Assembly (NCBI RefSeq): GCF_009914755.1
Contig: NC_060938.1
DNA length: 64,000 nt
Direction: 5' to 3' (one strand)
From: the human T2T-CHM13v2.0 reference genome, Homo sapiens
A program made the translations under genes and the position numbers. The notes beneath the pieces are model-generated. The model had not been told where the DNA came from, made no database searches, and worked only from the letters and a program-made list of their open reading frames with translations. This document shows positions 54,491 through 64,000 of the stretch, piece by piece. Position 1 is the stretch's first letter; each line of letters begins with the position of its first letter.

Positions 54491-56361
54491 GGGCTTAGGG
54501 AAGCAGAATTAGGAGACCTCAGCAGTGCACCCCCAAGGGAAGAGGGACCAAGAGGGGTGCAGTGATGTTGAAGAGGAACCAGGGTCTTAAGCAGCTCAGT
54601 CCACCCACGGCTGGGTCTCAGTGCAGCAGCCACAGCTCTACTTCACACCACCAGCCCATTCCAGAACCTTCTATACCACCTCAGAGCAGTGCCCCTCCTC
54701 CAGAGCCTGGTGTTGCCATGGCAACAGTCCACAAACAGGGGGAGCCCAGGCTTCAGTGCCATAAACAACTCTGACAGATTCAACAAATAAAGATGTACTA
54801 TAGCAATTTGTGGGGAATTTATGAGAAATTAAAAATTCAACTTGGACAATAAACAACCCATTTCAGAATTTGCCCCACTTAAAGTTAAATAAACCCCATG
54901 CAAGCATTTTTCAAGCATGATGTTTCAAGGCTAAAAACAGGCCCTGCTGGGAATGCTTCCTGAGCCTCCAAAACTGGGTGCTGCTGGGAGAGCACATCAC
55001 ATAACTGCTCACATCACAGGGCACTTTTACAGCTTAGAAAGCGCCTGGCTCACCCTCTGGGTGCTCCCAAATGCCACCCGGGAGACCATAGGCCGAGGAT
55101 GAGTAATGCTGTCAGGATTATGAGCCTCACAGGCGACTTGCCCAGAGCACAGTGACTCCCCAGGGTCACAAGGCTGGTCAAGGTCAGAGGCAGCGTGCAA
55201 ACCCATCACCCAGACTCCAAATCCACCATGCATACACAGGCAGCCATGTGTGCATTTGCTATACACAGAAACACTGCACCCAGGCGAGGTCCAACGTGGA
55301 GAGCTAGCTGTGTTCTCTCGAAATCTGTCCTGCTGAAACAGCACCCAAAGAGCCTGCTTCAAGCAGATCGACAAATTCTCCCACATGCACACTCACTCAC
55401 ACATTCACTCACTCACACACACTTGCTCACTCCTACTCACTTGCTGCCCAGGGGGCGAGAGGCCTCAGATCCCTGGATTCTGCAGTATGAACAGGGCAAC
55501 CTCACCAAGCTGACTTCAAGATGAAAGGCTAAGAAAGGAAACAGACGTGCGAGTACACCTGGGAGATTTTCTAGCCCCGTTTTCTGAAGAATCAGGGATT
55601 TACAGAAGGTGAGAGTGAAACGGGACCCATGAGATCCTATCAGCTGTCAGACAGAGAAAGAAGCAGAGCCCGGCCGAGGCCATGCAGGGAGGAGAGGCAG
55701 AACCAGCAGGGACCCCAGTCTCCTGCGGCCCCAGCCTGCAGCACAGGCAGCCGTGGCTTCATGCTCTCCCATGGGGGCCACACGACTCAGGGCTCACCCA
55801 CCAGGCACCCTCCTGGTCATTCTCACCATGCTTGGTGGCGCTAGGCACCTTGATGGAGAGAAAAAGGATCATGACCCACGATTCTGGCATCACCACATGC
55901 TGTCTCTCAAGGGGCTACCTACTGACAGGTGGGAGAAACCCATCAGCTCGGCGAGAGCCCTCCCCAGCTCCCTGGCCCGATCTTCCCAGGCGGCCCCATG
56001 GTTGTCTGTCTCCCTGAGCTACTGACGCAGAAGAGGTCAAAGACTTGGTCATCTTAGAGTCCCTAGAGGGCAGCAGGGGACCTGCCACTGGGGCCTGGGT
56101 GAGCACCCAGCAACAGAAGGAATGAAGGGCTGAGCCCCTGTTAGGGCCCTGGGCCTGCAAGCCCATCAGCTCCCTTAAAGGATCAATCATAAATTGATGA
56201 CAGAAATGAGCCATGGGGTGATGGCCACAGGGGCATCTGGGAGGGCCAGTCTGGAAGGTCGAAGCCAGAGTGGCCATGCGGGACTCTGGGTAGGGACAGA
56301 AGAACTGGGTCCGCTCTCACAGAGGCCACGGGACACATTGCTGCTCTGCCTTGAGGTCCAC

Positions 56362-57924
56362 AGGGTCATAAGGCAGGGGTGGAGGGGGTGTAGGTCGCAA
56401 CACAGGGGTGGAGGGGGTGCGGGTCACGAGGCAGGGGTTGAGGGGGTGCGGGTCACGAGGCGGGGTGGAGGGGGTGCGGGTCACGAGGCAGGGTGGAGGG
56501 GGTGCGGGTCACGAGGCGGGGTGGAGGGGGTGCGAGTCACGAGGCGGGGTGGAAGCGGTGCGGGTTACAAGGCGGGGGTGGGTGCTGGTCACGAGGCAGG
56601 GTGGAGGGGGTGCGGGTCACGAGGCAGGGGTGGAGGGGGTGCAGGTCGTGAGGCAGGGGTGGAGGGGGTGTGGGTTATGAGGTGGGGTGGAGGGGGTGCA
56701 GGTCACGAGGCAGGGGTGGAGGGGGTGCGGATCATGAGGCAAGGGTGAACGGGGTGCGGGTTACGAGGGAGGGTGGAGGGGGTGCGGGTCTTGAGGCGGG
56801 GGCGGGTGCTGGTCACAAGGTGGGGTGGAGGGGGTACGGGTCACAAGGCGGGGTGGAGGGGGTGCAGGTCGTGAGGCAGGGGTGGAGGGGGTGCAGGTCA
56901 CGAGGCGGGGTGGAGGGGGTGCGGGTCACGAGGCAGGGGTGGAGGGGGTGCGGATCATAAGGCAGGGGTGGAGGGGGTGCGGGTCACGAGGCGGGGTGGA
57001 GGGGGTGCGGATCATGAAGCAGGGGTGGAGGGGGTGCGGGTCTCGAGGCAGGGGCGGGTGCTGGTCACGAGGGGGGTGGAGGGGGTGCAGGTCGTGAGGC
57101 AGGGGTGGAGGGGGTGCAGGTCACAAGGCAAGGGTGGAGGGGGTGTGGGTCACGAGGCAGGGGTGGAGGGGGTGCAGATCATGAGGCAGGGGTGGAGGGG
57201 GGTGTGGGTCTCGAGGCAGGGGTGGAGGGTGTGTGGGTCTCGAGGCGGGGATGGGTGCTGGTCATGAGGCAGGGGTGGAGGGAGTATGGGTGACGAAGCA
57301 GGGGTGGAGGGGGTGCGGGTCCTAAGCAGGGGGGAGGGGGTGCGGGTCACAAGGCAGGGGTGGAGGGGGGTGTGGGTCACGAGACAGGGGTGGAGGTGGT
57401 ATGGGTCTCGAGGCGGGGGCGGGTGCTGATCCCGAGGCAGGGACGGAGGGAGTGCAGGTCACGAGGCAGGGGTGGAGGGGGTGCGGGTCTCAAGGTGGGC
57501 GCAGGTGCTGGTCACAAGGCAGGGGTGGGGAGGGTGCTGGTCATGAGGCAGGGGTGGAGGGGGTGCAGGTCACAAGGCAGGGGTGGAGGGGGTGCGGGTC
57601 ACGAGGCAGGGGTGGAGGGGGTGCGGGTCACGAGGCAGGGGTGGAGAGGGTGTGGGTCACGGTCACGAGGCAGGGGTGGAGGGGGTGCGGGTCACGAGGC
57701 AGGGGTGGAGGGGGTGCGGGTCACGAGGCAGGGGTGGAGGGGGTGCGGGTCACGAGGCAGGGGTGGAGGGGGTGCTGGTCACGAGGCAGGGGTGGAGGGG
57801 GTGGGGGTCCCGAGGCAGGGGTGGAGGGGGTGAGGGTCCCGAAGCAGGAGTGGAGGGGGTGCAAGTCACGAGGCAGGGGTGGAGGGGGTGCAGGTCATGA
57901 GGCAGGGGTGGGGGGTGCTGGTCA
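56362..57924. repeat. G-rich VNTR, 29-bp consensus GGGTCACGAGGCAGGGGTGGAGGGGGTGC, roughly 55 units with variants
   Basis: Period of 29 seen directly (e.g. acgagg at 57601 and 57630); interspersed 28-nt and ~24-nt variant units. Confidence 0.97.
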
Positions 57925-58739
57925 CTCCCTGCTCACCCCCATCCACACTGCCTGGCTCTGAGCCTGGGAGGCTGACTGCCGTAGAACGCAGCATTCAAGA
58001 TCCAGGGCTTCCAGTTGCACTTGGCCAAGAGGGGTCACTGGCAGGAGACCAGAGGGCAGGAGGAGGGGGGTGGGGTATTTAGTCCCCTCTCTCTCCCTGC
58101 TTCAGTGACATGCCTGGGCAGTGGCTGTGGCTTGCTATGACTACCATCACAGAGCTTCTGCGACACTTTCTTCACCTTACCTGCGGCCCAAGAAGCAGAA
58201 CAGCTCCTCTCTGCTGCCAGGCTCTAGGTGCCTCACCAGCCCCCGCTGCTCCCTTAACCCTGCCCACAGCTCAACAAACAGCCCCTGCTTTCAAGGCTCT
58301 CTTTGAACCACTGAGGGTGAGCTCTGCTTCCTGCAAGCTCCCTGGCTAATATGAAGAGGAACACGTTCTGGGTCACCACACATACAGGGTCAGAAGACAG
58401 GGAGCAAATTTGAGCCACAGAGACGAGCACAGAACCACCAGGCTACGTGGGCCAGGCATGCACCCTGACCAGGAGAGAGGCCAGGCTGAGGGTACACAGT
58501 CTGGAACAGGCGAGTATCAGCATGGGGACAGTGAAACAAGCTCAGGAATGGAGGGGACCCTGCTCTGCTGCAAAAGGCCCATGCTTGCAAGGTATTAGGG
58601 GGCTGATTGTGTGGTAGCCTTGGAAAATTCAGGAAGGCCACGGGAGGTTTTTATGAGGAACCAGAGAGGTCTGGTTAGCACTGGGGAAGGGGCAGGGGAT
58701 GGAAGAGTCAGAGTAGAAAGAGCCTAGGCCATAGGCAAC

Positions 58740-58905
58740 AGCAGATCTGAGTTCAAAGACCCAGAGTGATTGGTGCTTGGAGCTCTGTGACTAGAAATAT
58801 CACAGAAGCAGGTGACAGATCTGAGCCTCAGTTTCCTCATCTGCAAAATAGGGAGAATAATAAATAGATCCCATCTCACAGAGCTATTATGAGAACTAGG
58901 AAGAT
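58740..58905 (+). mobile_element. MIR
   Basis: tctgagcctcagtttcctcatctgcaaaatagggagaataata. Confidence 0.8.
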
Positions 58906-59990
58906 AAAAGTAAAAAAGTCCAAGGCAGAGGGGGACACAGGCTCCACAATGACAAGGATTTTGGTTCAAGGTCAGGTAGCTGGGGTTCCCTGGAACAGTG
59001 ACCCACACCCACAACAAAAGTTCCACTCCAAATCTGGACTGGCTCCATACCACTAGGGAATCACTGGAGGGATCACTCCAAAAGACAACTTAACATGCAA
59101 GCTGGTGTTTGATACTCTTCAGAAATTAACTTTCCGGACTGCAATTCCCCAAATGACTCCTAACCCTCCACCACTAGCTGCAGATTCCTCAACACAGATC
59201 TGGGGCCAGGCTGTGTGATAAGTACTTTGACACTGTATCTCAATTACCCTTCTTAACCTTAGAGGTTGGTGTTACGACAACCCCTTTTTCCAGGCAAGGA
59301 GGCTGAAGCACCCTCGGTGCTGGGAAGAAGCAAGACCAGAGGCCACCCGGGGACCACCCACCTCCTCCAGAGCCCACCACTCCTTCCTCCTCTCCCTGGG
59401 GTGAGGAACAATTGCAAGGGGAGAAAAGTCCATGGGCACAGCTGCGGCTAGGCCACAGCCCCCAGCCTCATGGGCAGAGAGAGTGGGTCTGGGGCAGGAG
59501 TGAGAAAGGAGGGGAGGGAGGGCACATGAGAGAGAAATGAGTTGCTGTATGCGTGCCTGGTGCACAGGTGATAACACAGCATTCAAATCTAGAAGCACAA
59601 ACTCCCACAAGACCTTCCCTTTCTGTAATTCCCCAAAATGCAGGGGTTTGTTTATTTCACCAAGAAGTACATATTCCTCCTACAGACTACAAAAACAATA
59701 TATACAACTTACTTATGTAACCCAAAGAAATAATCATCACAGGCTTGCCCAAACAGTATCAAAAGCGGATGTTTATCACAATACTATTTATAAAGGTGAC
59801 AGACCAGAACCATGGTCAGCATCAACCAAGGGAATCAAAGAACTTCAGTTACAATCAGATAATATTATGCAGTCATTTAAAAAGCAAGCCTAAGTAGACA
59901 TTTAACAAAGGGGGAAGCTCTAAGAGAATGCTAAGTGTGTTTGTGGGAACAGATTACAACAGAACCACAATTTTGTTTACAACTATGTCA

Positions 59991-60453
<463 letters not shown>

Positions 60454-61999
60454 GTTTTTTTAATGCATCAGTGTGTGTGCCATTTTTATGCTCAAAGGAC
60501 ATGAATAAAGTCACACTTTATTCACATTTTAGTGTGCTGGTTATCCTTCGGCTAGGGAGTAACACATTTTGTTCCCACAAGCTACACAGGAGGCTCTCCA
60601 GACCTTCCTGAAAGGCACTTTCAAACCTGCTTCTGGAGGGTCAGAACATCATGCAGGACAGAGGTCAGGCACTAGCAGGAGGCCCTGGTCCCACGGCAGG
60701 TCTGTGCTATTTGAAGTCGTAAAGCAGGTCAATGGTGGCCCAGTGTGAGGGGCTGCAGGGGCTGCCAGGCTCACAGTCAAGGCCAGGGCCTGGCCTACCA
60801 TACACCAAGGCGTTTCATCTTCTCCCCAAGAAGATATACTGGGTGGGCAGGGGTCCTTGTCCCTGCTGGACAAAGGAAGGCACTGAGGGCTCAGACAGCA
60901 AAAATAACCGAGGGTCCTGAGCGATCCGGCGGAATATTTGGTCGACAGGAAAACTCATCAAGTCCTGCCCTCACCAGGCCCCAAAGCCCTGGCTTAAGGG
61001 AGGGCCAGGCCTGGCATTTGTCAAGATTTAACAAGTTCAGTAAATGTGCGCCCCCACCCCACCCCCATCTCCCATCTCTCTCCCACGCCAGACCCTTCTC
61101 CAAGCCCCACTCCTTGGCCATTAGCTCAGTCCCAAAGGCATCCTTGCCCATCCCGGCTGCCGATGATCCTGTCAAAACACTGTAAATAACTTATTTCTAC
61201 TTGGCAGGGCCTGCGGCAAAAATACTGCCTGGGCAAGGAAGGGAGTGAGCCAAGGTCTGCCTCCAAGCCAGGACCCACACCCTCCTGCCCAGGGACCCCT
61301 GGTCCCCCACCCACCTGAGATGGCAGAGACCCACAGTGGAGGCCAAACTCCTGCCCAGTGAGACAGGGGTGTGAGCTTCACAAGACCCCTCGAGTCATCT
61401 CAGGAGCCAGAAAACCAGTGAGCTTCCCACTCCCCACAGCCCCACACAGCACACTAAGCCCTGTCCCTGACCTCAGGCTACCCACGCTTCTCCTACGAGG
61501 GCCTGAGTTTTAGAAGGCCTTCTCACTTGCCCTCCCCTCGTCTCAATCATCCATCTCATCACCATCTGGTAGATGGGCCTCAGAGAGGTTGTGCCACTAC
61601 CCAGGACTGCACAGCCTTGGAGGGATGGAGCTGGAACTAGGGAGGAGTCACTGGACTCTCACCAGGCAGGCAGTCTTCGGAGCAGAAGAGGCACTGGCTA
61701 TGCCATCACACCTCTAGAATCCAATCCCAGCTCCACAGCTCACATGCTAGGCTGTGACAAGCCCACCTGTGTGAGCCTCAGTCCTCTCACCTGGCAAGTG
61801 GGGCACTAACCCTGGCACTCAGTAGACGAGGCACACACAGGAGTTCTCACTGCTGCTGCCTGGGCTGCTCATAGAAGCCCAGCCCAGACGCCAAACGCAC
61901 TTTGGAATTTTTACATGCGCATTCTAGAACTCTGAAGCAATCCTACTAGGTGCTTACTGCCCAGACAACAGGGCTGGTGACCTTTAAAAAAAAAAAATT

Positions 62000-62422
<423 letters not shown>

Positions 62423-63439
62423 GCTGGTGGCCTTCCTGCAGAGAATCCAGGAGCTCTAAATGTTCCCCCAGGACACCTGATCAAAGCCCCCTCTCAGGCC
62501 TCTGTACCCCATTCCCACCGGAACCCTGGGAGCCACCCCAGGCGGCTTCTGTAGAAGTGCTGAGTGAGCCCCATGCACCACCGCCAAGTTTCTGGGACAC
62601 AGCTGCAGGGCCGGGCACCAGCAAGCCGGGATCTCCTTATAGGGTATACTCTAAGGCCATTGCATAAAGCTCAAAAAGAGAAAGACTCAGATTGACAGTC
62701 GAGCTGGAAAACAGGCCTGTGAAAGGAGAACTAGACACCAGGGCAATCAGGTCCCTGAAAGGGCTGTCTCTGCCTACCATTTGTGCAGAACATCAGAGAA
62801 CTTGAGGCAAAGACGGGAGCCACTGTGCTTCCCAGGGGAGTTCTTGAGCTGAGGGTGGATCAAGGGGAAGGAGAAAGACAGAGCCAAGTTACAACTCTGG
62901 ATTTACACAGCTTTTGGAAAAGTCACGATGAGTGTGCGGGGAATCCCTGGGACCTCCCCTGCCCATAATGAACTAGCACGGGAGGGGGTCATGGGGCTAG
63001 GGTCAGGGGTCAGCACTCCCTGGGGGTGATGCCTTCACCCCATCATGGCTAGACCTGGGGAGATCCAGAAAGAAGGAAAACATAAATCAGCCCATGCCCC
63101 CAAATGCACCCCAGCCAGAGCAAAATCTGCTCTAACCCCAGAGGACAAGCTGGGACCTCACTCACTCACAGCAGGAGACTCATCCCTGGTCAGCCCTGCT
63201 TTAGCCAAACCAAACAGACATAACTTATGCTACAGACATTTCTGGCTTTTTTACTCATGAAAATAAATCAAACAGAAGAGATCCTTTCATTTTGGCTCAT
63301 CTACCCATCGCATCATTTAACTACACAACACACCTCATTCAGACTCACGCTTCCCTGGGCCACTGAGGATGACAATGATGGTGGTGGAGGTGGCACCAGT
63401 AAATAATCACAAACAGCTCCTTCTGAGGACAAACTAGGT

Positions 63440-63590
63440 AAACAGGTTCTGTGCTGTTCCTTATCTGCATGACCTCACTCCTGGAACTCTATGAGACTGG
63501 GTCCATTATTATTTCCATTTTACAGAAGAATAAACTGAGGCTTAGAGGGGGCAAGTAACCTGTCCAGTTCTAAGTCCAGGGCCCAAGTGT
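63440..63590 (-). mobile_element. MIR
   Basis: cattattatttccattttacagaagaataaactgaggcttagagg. Confidence 0.78.
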
Positions 63591-64000
63591 GCTGGACACA
63601 GCTGACTAGCTGCAGCCCAACCTGTCCCCCATTCTCCCCTTCTTCTTTAGCAACAAAATCCTGAAGCCACTTCTAGACCATAACCCAATGAAACAGCCTG
63701 AGATGTGACTTAGGTCCCCAAAGATTTAGGTCCAGAGACACCCAGGGCAGGACTGTTAGTAACAGCAAACCAGAAATAACCTAGAACTTGAGACTCTGGA
63801 GCAGAGAAATGGTTCTAGATGCTGGGACATAGGGATGGTGGGAAGCTGGTGCAGCCACTCTAACAGCAATTTCCAAGGTGTTTAAATGGCACAGGCAAAT
63901 GCTCAACTGTTCCCCCAAATGCAAGTGGCAAAACTAGGGACACAGAAAAGCCTAACCTGAATGCACATCATATAGAAAAAGGAGCATATTTTATGTAAAA

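Noticed and set aside
56194-57961. Gly/Arg/Val-rich ORFs up to 186 aa
   Set aside because: By-product of the stop-poor 29-bp VNTR; the unit is not a multiple of 3 and the same peptides cycle through all frames.
53616-58185. Strong orphan minus-strand donors (CAG|GTGAGT near 53624, CAG|GTAAGG near 58180) as alternative exons
   Set aside because: No convincing paired acceptor or ITPK1-compatible frame identified by eye.

Overview
Eukaryotic (primate, almost certainly human) genomic DNA. The window lies inside a large minus-strand gene that I recognise from memory as ITPK1 (inositol-tetrakisphosphate 1-kinase). Only one coding exon is present: 14666-14791, 126 nt, phase 0/0, encoding LNLSRPIEEQGPLDVIIHKLTDVILEADQNDSQSLELVHRFQ. 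The rest is intronic and carries about 19 Alu-family SINEs (including FLAM/FRAM/FAM monomers), L1 and L2 fragments, MaLR solo LTRs, MER20/MER5/MER6B DNA-transposon relics, MIRs, a 63-bp triplicated minisatellite and a ~1.55-kb G-rich 29-bp VNTR. Nearly all ORFs in the supplied track look like chance or repeat-derived frames. I see no convincing new protein-coding or prokaryote-like system. The least-explained structures are: a ~220-bp imperfect palindrome at 42838-43058; an isolated 56-bp hairpin-containing direct repeat at 18695/19869; three fold-back micro-insertions in neighbouring Alus; an ancient L1 with twin-priming-like inversion geometry; ~223-bp higher-order periodicity in the VNTR; and a ~1.9-kb antisense frame with only two internal stops. 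Repeat subfamily names come from recalled consensus sequences, not from a database search, and boundaries of old repeats are approximate.
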